The notes under the pieces were generated by a model. That model did no database searches, had not been told where the DNA came from, and saw only the letters and a program-made list of their open reading frames with translations. Shown here piece by piece: positions 55,382-63,954 of a DNA stretch of 64,000 bases (positions are counted from its first letter, which is position 1; each line of letters opens with the position of its first letter). Both the position numbers and the translations under genes were made by a program. This DNA is from a virus (lineage: Duplodnaviria > Caudoviricetes). Location: IMG/VR virus record IMGVR_UViG_2923682817_000001, positions 1-64,000 of that record. The stretch is one strand, 5' to 3'.

Positions 55382-56074
55382 ATGAAGCGCTCCGAGATCG
55401 TACTTGGCTCCGTCTACGCACACCAGCGCACTGGTGGACACGCTGAACCGATCATGTTCGTGTCGACGAGCTCCATCTACGAGCAGTGCTCGCGCGCTAA
55501 CTCCCCCGTCGGCGGTGTTTTCCGCCAGACGAGCGATGTTCGGCCGCGGTCCCGCTACGGCGTCGCCCTGTCCGGCTACCCCGTGGTGCGGCTGATCGTC
55601 GACACGCCGGAGAACCGCAAGCGCGCCGCCGAGGTCTCCATGGAGGACTTCGAGCACGCCACCACGGCTGACCTCGGGGACGGTCTGTGGCTCGATGTCG
55701 TGGCCCGTACGCAGCTAATCACGGGCCTGTATGACGTGCTGAAGGCCGAGACCGCCGCACGCGACGAGCGCAGCCGGGCCGCCCTCTCAGAGCACGAGGC
55801 GAAGGCCGCCGCCAGCCGCCAGCACTACAACGACACGCGCAACAGCCTGTCCGTCTACGGGGTCAAGCTGCGCGAGCTGAGCCCCTACGACGACGACATC
55901 ATCACTCACGCGAAGGTCAAGCTGGAGGACCTGGACAAGCTGCGCGGCATCCTGGACACCGTGCGCAACCTGGAGATGCTCGTCAAGGAGTGGGACACGG
56001 GCGGCCAGACGGAAACCGCGGCTGAGATCGTTCTGATTCTCCGCAACCTGCAGCGCGGTCTCGTCTCCGAGTAG
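55382..56074 (+). CDS. Early-array paralog
   Basis: MKRSEI..G.VYA versus MKKSGI..GEFYA; hairpin and leader B. Confidence 0.75.
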   Translation: MKRSEIVLGSVYAHQRTGGHAEPIMFVSTSSIYEQCSRANSPVGGVFRQTSDVRPRSRYGVALSGYPVVRLIVDTPENRKRAAEVSMEDFEHATTADLGDGLWLDVVARTQLITGLYDVLKAETAARDERSRAALSEHEAKAAASRQHYNDTRNSLSVYGVKLRELSPYDDDIITHAKVKLEDLDKLRGILDTVRNLEMLVKEWDTGGQTETAAEIVLILRNLQRGLVSE

Positions 56075-56163
56075 CCATGGTGGGGAGCGGCGCGGAGTAA
56101 TCTGATCCGTTCCCGGCCACGGCCGCTCGGCCGATTCCGTTCGCACCGCGCGAGGAGTTTGCG

Positions 56164-56832
56164 ATGTTGATCACTGAACTGATCCCCGAGGGTATGTCGG
56201 GACCTGGCCGGCAGACGGTCGAGCTCGACGGCGTGACGTATGAGCTCGTCGCCTGGGGACATCTCCGTTCCGGCGACCCGGTTAGCTGGGACGTGGTCCG
56301 CTTGGCTGGAGAGGATCGCGTCAGGTTTGCGCACATCATCCAGCACCAGCCGACAGAGCGTGTGTTCGACGTTCGGCCGGTTTCGTGGTTCATGCCCACG
56401 GTGACGACCAGCGTGACTGGTGACCTGGCCGAGATCGTGGCCGAGGTTCGCAAGCACAACGAGGCCGACGACAGGCTGTTTGCCGAGGAGGTAGGCGATC
56501 TGCGCGGGTTCGCTGCGCTGGTCTGGGCGGTCAGGCACTCGCCGATCAAGTCGGAGTTCAGCAAGCGGTACGACACCTACCGGATCCCTGTGTACGACGC
56601 GTTGCCACTGGTCTGGGTGACTCTGCGGTTCGAGACCGAGTCGCGGACCGTGCCTTACTACGATGCCGAGACGAACGAGATGACGACCAGGCTGCTGGAG
56701 TTCGGCCCCAACGGCAAGTACACGGTGCAGGTGCGCAACCCGGAATACCAGGATGAAGACGTCCGGCTGTTCGACGACCCGCGCGAAGCGGTCCGCAGCG
56801 CTGCGGAAGCGGCGAACTCTGCCTACACCTGA
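56164..56832 (+). CDS. Early-array hypothetical protein
   Basis: GAGGAG ribosome site; 222 aa. Confidence 0.7.
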   Translation: MLITELIPEGMSGPGRQTVELDGVTYELVAWGHLRSGDPVSWDVVRLAGEDRVRFAHIIQHQPTERVFDVRPVSWFMPTVTTSVTGDLAEIVAEVRKHNEADDRLFAEEVGDLRGFAALVWAVRHSPIKSEFSKRYDTYRIPVYDALPLVWVTLRFETESRTVPYYDAETNEMTTRLLEFGPNGKYTVQVRNPEYQDEDVRLFDDPREAVRSAAEAANSAYT

Positions 56833-56842
56833 TCCGGTCATG

Positions 56843-56878
56843 ACGAAGGCCCCCCGGCTTGCGCTGGGGGGCCTTCGC
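56843..56878. terminator. Hairpin between the early array and the convergent late operon
   Basis: CGAAGGCCCCC...GGGGGCCTTCG. Confidence 0.75.
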
Positions 56879-56957
56879 GTTTATCCACCACGGGCGGCAC
56901 CGAAGGGAATTCCGTACCACCGCGGCATCAACGGTAGCAGGCTGCCGGACGGTCCGG

Positions 56958-58451
56958 TCAGTCTCCGATCACCTCGGCCTCAACAATGCCGGCGTCAGCG
57001 AAGACGTGGTCCGACTGCACCGGGGCCGCCAGTGCCCGAGCCGATTCCGACGCGTCTTTGCCGAACAGTCTGGCGATCATTCCGGACTGGGCCTGAGCTC
57101 GGGACGAGGCCTTGACCGAGATGGACAGCGTTTCCGATTCCGACTCGCGGTGCTTGGCGATGCTGCGGTCCCATCCGTCCAGCTCCTTAGTCAGGTTCGG
57201 GTCGGCGTATCCGCCTTCCATCTGCTCGACCATGTGCATGAACGCGATTCGCTGGAATCTGATGGCTCGGATTGCGTCGTCGGCGGCGTCGATCTGCTCG
57301 CGCGTCCGCAACGTGATGGGCACCTCATAGGCGCAGCCGGCGTCAGGGCGAAATGCCTTGCAGTGGGAGGCGATATAGCAACTATTGCACTGGCGTAGGG
57401 ACGTGCCGGCGATGCTCGGCAGGTTGTCGGTGCGGCTGATCTGCTCGCCGTTTTCTCCCAGCTCAGAGCGTGAAACCTGGCGGAGCGAGAGGCCCGGGAG
57501 GAGCTCGCGTTCGCTCTCGTCGCGGGCGACCGCAGTTGTGGTTTTGGTCCGAGCTTCTGGGGTGTCCATCCCAACTACGGCAGGGGTGGTTTCCCCATTT
57601 ACGTCCGTGACCGGTTCAGGCGACATAGTAAGTGTTTTCTTTCGCGAGTTGAGATGTCCGACCAGCTGGCGCCACGACCAGACGGCGACCTTCAGGACCT
57701 CGGTGGAGTCGTCGCCCTCGAACAGGTCCGTGTCGAATCCCTCACGGTCCAGGTGCGCGCGGTGACGCTTGCGGCCCTGCGCCTTGTAGGCCTTGGGGTA
57801 GCGCTTCAACGTGTGGCCGGTCCAGATCTGGGAGTCGCCGTACTGGGCCGGCGACAGCCAGCTGGTGGATGCGACCGAGTCCCAGGCGATCGACTCCATG
57901 AGGTCCGGCTTGGTCATTGCGATGCCGTGCAGACGAACCCCGCGGCGGGCGATCCGGTTGAGGACGCCGGCGATGTCTCGGCCGGAGATCGACGTCTGCG
58001 GCACCCCGACGCGGCCGTAAGAGTCCGCCAGGCGCTCCAGCTCGGGCAGGCCGGCGGCTGCGTCCCAGATCGGGAGGAATTTCTCCCCCAGGTCGCCGTA
58101 GAAGTCCGATCGCTGGCGCTCGATCCAGTCCGGTCCCATGGCGCGGGCGTCCAACTCGGAGACCATCTCGACCCTGTCCAGGTTCGCCAGGACGAAAGCC
58201 TGATAGCGGTCCGACAGGGTCTCGATGTCCTCGCGGCTGTAGGAATCCGGTTTGCTGTTGACGGTGTAGGCGCCGGAGTCCAGGAAGACGCGTTGTCCGT
58301 CTGGGTATTTGTCGCTGATGAGCCATGGCCGGGCGAATTTCGTCCGGCGGGACAGACCGACGAAGGACAAGCCAACGTCGGTCACGTCCTGCTCGGCGAG
58401 GAGCTTGCGCCAGCCTGGGATCTCCGACCCACCGAAGTAGAGGGTCAGCAC
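56958..58451 (-). CDS. TGT/DpdA-like barrel protein with a C-terminal Cys cluster
   Basis: VFLDSGAY, LHGIAMT, DSVASTSW; CNSC.....C........C. Confidence 0.6.
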   Translation of the reverse strand: MLTLYFGGSEIPGWRKLLAEQDVTDVGLSFVGLSRRTKFARPWLISDKYPDGQRVFLDSGAYTVNSKPDSYSREDIETLSDRYQAFVLANLDRVEMVSELDARAMGPDWIERQRSDFYGDLGEKFLPIWDAAAGLPELERLADSYGRVGVPQTSISGRDIAGVLNRIARRGVRLHGIAMTKPDLMESIAWDSVASTSWLSPAQYGDSQIWTGHTLKRYPKAYKAQGRKRHRAHLDREGFDTDLFEGDDSTEVLKVAVWSWRQLVGHLNSRKKTLTMSPEPVTDVNGETTPAVVGMDTPEARTKTTTAVARDESERELLPGLSLRQVSRSELGENGEQISRTDNLPSIAGTSLRQCNSCYIASHCKAFRPDAGCAYEVPITLRTREQIDAADDAIRAIRFQRIAFMHMVEQMEGGYADPNLTKELDGWDRSIAKHRESESETLSISVKASSRAQAQSGMIARLFGKDASESARALAAPVQSDHVFADAGIVEAEVIGD

Positions 58452-60091
58452 TAGAAAAGCCGCTTCATGCTGTCCGGGTCGTTGCCCGGCTTGATCTTGT
58501 TGATGTAGGCCCGGTGCTTCTTCAGCTCCGTGTCAGTAAGGGTGTCGACATTCTTGCCGTCGTCGCCCCACTTGCGGCCACGCCCGCGGAGGTTCCGCCA
58601 CACCTCGGAGTCCTTGTCCCTGGGGGGCAGTACGGGACCATGCAAGGTCTGTCCGAGGACGCGCATCTCGTCGTCAGCAGTGGCGGGCCTGGAGAGGTTC
58701 CACTTGACCGTTTCCCGGCCGTGTACGTCCGTGCCGTTGTACTCGGCGCTGATGAGATCCGGGTGATTGGCGAACTTCTCCGAGACCTTGCGCACGGCCG
58801 CCGCGGTGTCCTTGGACACAGGGATCTTCCGGACGGACTTCCACTGGTCGATGGAGGAACGGTCGGAAAGGTCGGCGAGCTGCGTCGGCTGCTGCGCCGG
58901 GGCAGCTGCAGTCGCGGCGGCGGCGGCCGGCTTCTTGGTGCGCCGCTTGCGTGCGGGCTTAGCAGCCGGCGCGGCGGCCGGCGCCGGGGCCGAGGCGGTC
59001 AGTGAAGGCTTCGCCGCGGGCGCCTCGATGGCGGCCAGGGTGCTCGGAGCCGCGGGCGAAGAGGTGGGGGCCGGCGAGCTGGTCGGCGCGGCGTACGGAT
59101 TACGCAGCACGGACCCGCGGACGACGGTGGGCGGCGCAGCGGCGGCAGGCGTCGCGACGGGCCGGGGTTTCGGTGTCGCCGAGCCGCGCAGGGTCGGGGT
59201 GAACTGCGGTCCGGTCAGCGGTCCGTGCATACCAACGGCTTCGCGCGATGCGGGGTGTGCCGCCAGCGGGTTTCGGCGCGTCGCCGATTCCGGGGCGCCG
59301 TAGGGGTTCGGGCCGGCCTTGCGCGCGGCGGGTGCCGCGGTGGTGGGCGTCGGCGCGTACGGGTTGCGGCCGGCCTTGGACGCGGGGGTGGTGGACCTCT
59401 GGGTGAAGTCGGCCGGGCGGCTGATCTGCGCCATGGCCTGCTGACGGGCGGCTGCCAGGCGGTCGTAGGAGCCGCTGAGGTGCGCGCCGGCCGCGGTGCC
59501 CTGCAGCGACTGCGGAGTCCCGTGAATGCTCTGTCGGGCGTTGCTGATCGTCTGCTGGAGGCGAGCCTGGCCCTGGTCGGCGATCTCCTGCCAGCTGCGG
59601 TTAGGCGTCGGGGCCGATGCGCTGGGGCGCGCGGATACGAACGAGTTGCCGTCGTTGCCAACGCGGTGGGAGGAAGAGGCCACCAGCTTGTCAGGGCGCG
59701 CGGCCGGCCTACTGGGAGCTGCGGGAGAGGCTGCGGGGCCGCGGGCTACGAGCTGGTCAGGGCGGACGTTACGGGGGGCGCTGGTGAACTGGGCTCCAAG
59801 GTGCGGCGCCGGGGCGGGCTGCGGCCTGTCGTACTTCGACAGGTCCGCCGTCGACCTGGCCGGCAGGGTGTGGGAGTCGATGTCTCCGGGCGCGGCCGGC
59901 GGGCCGTTCTTCGGCTTGGGCGAGGCCTCGGGGGTTCGGCCGGGCTTGGCGCCGGGCTTGGCGGTGACGCGCTTGCGGTCGATGTAGGCGGCGCGGCGCT
60001 CGGCGTAGGGGTTCTTCAGCTGCCCGATGCCCTGGGAGACCCGTAGGCGCTGCTCGTGGTTGATGTTGTGGAGGGCGTTGAAGTCGATCAT
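58451..60091 (-). CDS. Low-complexity P/A/R-rich protein with repeated NPY motifs
   Basis: Start moved to ATG 60091, coupled to the HAD-like gene (GGAG upstream); ends adjacent to the next start. Confidence 0.65.
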   Translation of the reverse strand: MIDFNALHNINHEQRLRVSQGIGQLKNPYAERRAAYIDRKRVTAKPGAKPGRTPEASPKPKNGPPAAPGDIDSHTLPARSTADLSKYDRPQPAPAPHLGAQFTSAPRNVRPDQLVARGPAASPAAPSRPAARPDKLVASSSHRVGNDGNSFVSARPSASAPTPNRSWQEIADQGQARLQQTISNARQSIHGTPQSLQGTAAGAHLSGSYDRLAAARQQAMAQISRPADFTQRSTTPASKAGRNPYAPTPTTAAPAARKAGPNPYGAPESATRRNPLAAHPASREAVGMHGPLTGPQFTPTLRGSATPKPRPVATPAAAAPPTVVRGSVLRNPYAAPTSSPAPTSSPAAPSTLAAIEAPAAKPSLTASAPAPAAAPAAKPARKRRTKKPAAAAATAAAPAQQPTQLADLSDRSSIDQWKSVRKIPVSKDTAAAVRKVSEKFANHPDLISAEYNGTDVHGRETVKWNLSRPATADDEMRVLGQTLHGPVLPPRDKDSEVWRNLRGRGRKWGDDGKNVDTLTDTELKKHRAYINKIKPGNDPDSMKRLF

Positions 60092-60567
60092 GGATTCTCC
60101 AGGGGGCGGTGCGCTGCCCGAAGGGCTCGGGTGCGGTCGAGCTCGGAAACCATCTGGTCCCAGGGGGTGACGTGCTTGTCGTAGTCGGGCCGAAATTCCG
60201 GCCGGGAGAACGGGGCGTCCACGTAGTGGAGGCAGGCGACACCCATGTGGGAGATGACGGCGACGACGCCGGGGTCTGGGTCGACCAGCAGGTCCACGGT
60301 GGCGCCCATGCCGCGCAGCCGTTCGATCTGGCGCAGCCGTCGAATGGCGTTGTCGCTGGGGTCTTCTGGCCGCCGCTCGACCAGCACCTGGTGCTTGGTG
60401 TAGCCGTTGATGCCCAGCCACATGTCGTCCAGGGGCGAGTCAGCGATGACGGCCAGCCGGTAGATCTCGGACAGCCCGTGGTAGAGGGCGCGGCCGACGG
60501 GGATGGTGCCATCGGTGGACTCGTCGCGCAGGACTCCGTCCAGGGTGATGACGGCTAGCGTGCTCAT
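60088..60567 (-). CDS. HAD-like fold protein
   Basis: VITLDGVL (motif I with the first Asp replaced), LLVDPDP. Confidence 0.6.
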   Translation of the reverse strand: MSTLAVITLDGVLRDESTDGTIPVGRALYHGLSEIYRLAVIADSPLDDMWLGINGYTKHQVLVERRPEDPSDNAIRRLRQIERLRGMGATVDLLVDPDPGVVAVISHMGVACLHYVDAPFSRPEFRPDYDKHVTPWDQMVSELDRTRALRAAHRPLENP

Positions 60568-61568
60568 CGGACCCCCCGGGCGCTGGTCCAACTCAGGGCC
60601 TCGCGTAAGGCCGTTTTGTGGTCGGCGATCGATTGGCCGTACAGGCCGAGCTCAGCGGCCTTGTGGGCGCTTCTGGCCACCGCGGCGGCCTCGGCCAGGG
60701 CCGGCCCCACGCCGTTAGCCTTGAAGGCCTGCCACCGGAAATTGGCGTAGTCGCCGTAGCCGGATCCGCCGGGGCCGAAGGCTGCTTTGCGGCCCAAGTG
60801 GATGTCGTCGAACAGGGCCGCGGCCTGGGCGGCGGCCAACCGCAGCTCGGTGGACGCGTTGGTTTCGCCCGGGGATCCAGGGAGGGCGCCGGCCAGGCGT
60901 GCGTGTGCGTTGTTGAAGCGGGCCAGGATTTCGCGGGCGACGTCGGCCTGGCGGTCGATCTGCTGCCACCACTCGCGCGGGTACAGCGAGCGCGGGTTGG
61001 CCGGCAGCTGAGGCGGTCGGATGGTCCAGGCACCCGCGGTGAGGTCATAGGCGGCGTAGGGGTTGATGTTGCGCACCCCGCCGAGGTCGGCCGAACACGC
61101 GGGGTTCCAGAAGAACGTCAGCTCGAAGGTCTTGCTGGCGAAGGTGGTCGACGCCGTGGCGGGCCACAGCGCTGTTTTGAGCTCGCCGTTGATGTGGTCG
61201 GCCAGCTCGGCGTCGGTGTAGGCGCCGTAGCCTGGGTTGTGCTGGCGGAACACGGCCGCGGTGATGCCGACCATGACGTCCAGGTCGCCGTTTCCGCGGT
61301 CTCCGGACCACTGGTAGGAAATCCCGGAGCCGGCCAGCCACAGACGCGACCAGGCGCTCTGGGAGTTGTAGCGTCCGCTCCAGAATCGGGAGATTTCCCC
61401 GATGATGTGGGCGCGGATTTCCGGCTTCAGGTGCTCGCCGGCGAACAGGGACGGATCAAGATCCGAATCCGGGGACGCGAAATAGCCGCTGTGGCCTGGT
61501 TCCGGGATGATTTCCGGTGTGACCTTCACAGCATGCCTTAAATAAAATGCATCGGATTCATAGCCCAT
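60564..61568 (-). CDS. Pol-beta-superfamily nucleotidyltransferase
   Basis: LAGS..SYQW......GDLDV (GS...DxD); FELTFF; AYDL...W. Confidence 0.75.
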   Translation of the reverse strand: MGYESDAFYLRHAVKVTPEIIPEPGHSGYFASPDSDLDPSLFAGEHLKPEIRAHIIGEISRFWSGRYNSQSAWSRLWLAGSGISYQWSGDRGNGDLDVMVGITAAVFRQHNPGYGAYTDAELADHINGELKTALWPATASTTFASKTFELTFFWNPACSADLGGVRNINPYAAYDLTAGAWTIRPPQLPANPRSLYPREWWQQIDRQADVAREILARFNNAHARLAGALPGSPGETNASTELRLAAAQAAALFDDIHLGRKAAFGPGGSGYGDYANFRWQAFKANGVGPALAEAAAVARSAHKAAELGLYGQSIADHKTALREALSWTSARGVR

Positions 61569-61654
61569 GGTCCGATTCTAGTTTCGTGTGTTCTTTTTAA
61601 GTTAAATGCGAAAAGCCCCCACAAGTTACTGTGGAGGCTTTTCTAGTTGGGTTA

Positions 61655-62008
61655 TTAGGCGTGCGGCTTGATGCGGTTCATGATGGCGGCGTTGGCGGCC
61701 TGTTCCTGAACGAGGCGGGCGGCCTCGCGCATCCTGCGCTCAACCTCAATGGCGGTCTTCTGGGCCTGAATGTCGGAGCGCACGGCCGCGCAGCCGGCGT
61801 CCATCTCGTCGGGGTGGGCGATCTTGTCGATGCTGAGCTTGTCGCTGATCAGGCTGATGTCGTTGTGGGCGACCCACTGGCCGTCGTAGTCCTGGAAAAG
61901 GACGAACGCGACACGGACCGGCAGTCCGGGCGTCTTCTCCGGCGTGGGCTCGTCGCCGGCGGGGGCTGCGGGGGGCTGGCCAAGGGCGGCTGCGCCGGAA
62001 CCGTTCAC
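61655..62008 (-). CDS. Hypothetical protein
   Basis: Coupled ORF followed by a terminator-like hairpin at about 61610-61643. Confidence 0.65.
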   Translation of the reverse strand: MNGSGAAALGQPPAAPAGDEPTPEKTPGLPVRVAFVLFQDYDGQWVAHNDISLISDKLSIDKIAHPDEMDAGCAAVRSDIQAQKTAIEVERRMREAARLVQEQAANAAIMNRIKPHA

Positions 62009-62313
62009 TGGGAGGTCTCCTTGTCGTTGTTCTTGGTGAGGTCGACTTCCAGCGCGTTGATGCCGGACTGGAGCCAGCCTAAAAACTGGTGTCGGGCCTG
62101 GTTGTGGCCTCGCAGGAAAGCGGCCTCGGTGTCGGCCTTGACCTCGGGGGTGGCCAGCACCCGCTCCAGGCGGTCGCGCATCTCGTTAGCGGCGCTCTCG
62201 ACATCGGCGCGGCGGCGGCGTTCCAGCGCGACCTCACGCTGGGCGTATTCGAGCTGCTGGCGCGCGGCCTTGAGCTCCCGCTTGAGCGTCTTCTTGGTCC
62301 TCTTGTGGTCCAC
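62005..62313 (-). CDS. Coiled-coil hypothetical protein
   Basis: 102-aa helical ORF in the operon. Confidence 0.6.
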   Translation of the reverse strand: MDHKRTKKTLKRELKAARQQLEYAQREVALERRRRADVESAANEMRDRLERVLATPEVKADTEAAFLRGHNQARHQFLGWLQSGINALEVDLTKNNDKETSQ

Positions 62314-62316
62314 GGC

Positions 62317-62823
62317 TCAGTCCTTGAAGCTGTAGTCGCCGCGGCCGGCGCGCATGCGCTGCATCGCGATGGAGAAATACGGGCAGAACTCGCACAAGAA
62401 CCTGTTGGACTTGACCGGTGACAGGCCGAGGTCTTTTCGCTCGGCCTTGGTGTCGGGGATCAGGCGCTTCTTCTCGCTCTTGAAGTCGCCGCAGTTCTTG
62501 GTTCTGTTGCGGGATTTCCAGCAGGTGAAGGCGTCTTCCTTGAAGGTTGCCTTGACCTCGTAAAACTTGTCGCCCAGGCCCTTGCCGGTGCGGGCGTTGA
62601 TCTGCTCGATGATCATCTGCCGGGCGTTGGGGTCTTTCCAGTGCTTCTCGGGCACGTCGAACAGGGCGCCGCCGCGGTGGCGGTTTCCGTCGGGGTACTG
62701 GTGTCGGGAAGCCAGATAGTCCAGCAGGTGGTCACCCCGGACGTCCCCCTCATACCAAGGGAGCTCCTCAATGGACTTGCACTCGCCGCACAGCAGTAGC
62801 CGCAGCTTGGAATCGTCAGACAT
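62317..62823 (-). CDS. Cys-rich hypothetical protein
   Basis: CGEC, C...C and LCEFCP motifs. Confidence 0.7.
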   Translation of the reverse strand: MSDDSKLRLLLCGECKSIEELPWYEGDVRGDHLLDYLASRHQYPDGNRHRGGALFDVPEKHWKDPNARQMIIEQINARTGKGLGDKFYEVKATFKEDAFTCWKSRNRTKNCGDFKSEKKRLIPDTKAERKDLGLSPVKSNRFLCEFCPYFSIAMQRMRAGRGDYSFKD

Positions 62824-62855
62824 GCGCCAGGTCTTTCTGCAGATCAGGGGGTCAA

Positions 62856-63638
62856 TTAGGAAATCGGAGCGTTCCAGAGCGCTGCCCAGGTGAGCCGGCC
62901 CACGGCGCCGTCGACAGACAGGCGGTGCTCGTCCTGGAAGGCCCGGACCACCTGCGCCGTCTTAGGGCCGTAGCGGCCGTCGACCTCGATGGACCAACCG
63001 CGTTCCTTCAGCCGGGCCTGCAGCCGCCGGACACCGTTGTTGGGCTTGGTCTTGCCGCTGTTACGTGCCTGGGAGAACCAGTCGTCGGGGGCCAGCGGGA
63101 ACTTCGGTGCGCTGTCGCCGGCGGCGGGGCGGCCGACGGGCTTGGTGGCCACCGGCGGCGGGATCGGGGCGCCGGCCTTGGCGTACTTGGGGTAGCCGAA
63201 GCCGACGAACAGGCTGCGGTCGCGGTAGCGGATGGCCACCTGGTCGGCGGTGTTGCCCTCGATGGTGACGACCCGACCCCGGGCGTCAGTGCCTAGGACG
63301 ATGACCACGTGGTCGATCGCGGAGATGATCTTGGTGCCCGACCAGTCGATGAAGCCGATGGCACCTAGGGTGGGCTTGGCGCCCCAGCGGCCGTTGCGGG
63401 CGAACCAGGCGGCGTGGTGGGGGGTGTATGCGTACTCGCCGACGATGTCGACGGCTTCCTCGCCGCCGGCCTCGTGCGCGCAGTAGACCACGAACATGTC
63501 GCACCAGGCGGCCTTGTCGAACGCGCTGTTCTTCTGGCGGTCGCCGTACCACTGGCCGAACTTCGTCGCGCCGTTCTTCTCGGCGTAGCCCTCGTAGGAC
63601 TTGGCTACCCTGATCAGCTGCTCAGCAGTGAAGCTCAT
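62856..63638 (-). CDS. Endolysin (CHAP-like amidase plus peptidoglycan-binding domain)
   Basis: AWCDMFV, DHV.IV, IEGNT; VRRLQ.RL...VDG.YGPKT...FQ....L.VDG.VG..TW. Confidence 0.9.
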   Translation of the reverse strand: MSFTAEQLIRVAKSYEGYAEKNGATKFGQWYGDRQKNSAFDKAAWCDMFVVYCAHEAGGEEAVDIVGEYAYTPHHAAWFARNGRWGAKPTLGAIGFIDWSGTKIISAIDHVVIVLGTDARGRVVTIEGNTADQVAIRYRDRSLFVGFGYPKYAKAGAPIPPPVATKPVGRPAAGDSAPKFPLAPDDWFSQARNSGKTKPNNGVRRLQARLKERGWSIEVDGRYGPKTAQVVRAFQDEHRLSVDGAVGRLTWAALWNAPIS

Positions 63639-63787
63639 GCCACACCGCCGCTCAGCTCGTCGAAGGTTGGCAGCCCGAGCACCTCGCCGCCCTGCGCGCC
63701 GTCGCTATCGCGCACCGGCGCCATACCAGGGACGTTGACCGGGACCGGGGAGACATACACAGCGGGGGCATACTCGTACTCGCTCAC
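63635..63787 (-). CDS. Small hypothetical protein (50 aa)
   Basis: Read by hand: GTG start, MSEYEYAPAVY; 4-bp overlaps at both ends. Confidence 0.5.
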   Translation of the reverse strand: MSEYEYAPAVYVSPVPVNVPGMAPVRDSDGAQGGEVLGLPTFDELSGGVA

Positions 63788-63954
63788 GCCAGACTCCCCT
63801 TGGTTCCAAGCAGCCCGACCATGACGTGGCCCGGGTAGGTGTTGGAGGGGGAGGCGTCCGGGCCGCTGCGGTCAACGCGGGGCTTGCGGATGGCGCCGTC
63901 GGTCATGCCTTCGTGCAGCTCGTCCTTACAGCTGCGGGGGGTTGCATAAGCCAT
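63784..63954 (-). CDS. Small hypothetical protein (56 aa)
   Basis: Read by hand: MAYATPRSCKDELHEGMTDG. Confidence 0.5.
   Translation of the reverse strand: MAYATPRSCKDELHEGMTDGAIRKPRVDRSGPDASPSNTYPGHVMVGLLGTKGSLA

Noticed and set aside
41506-56910. CRISPR array or integron cassette array
   Set aside because: Repeats are separated by whole genes, no cas genes are present, the hairpins lack consistent attC RYYYAAC/GTTRRRY ends, and the integrase is far away and phage-type.
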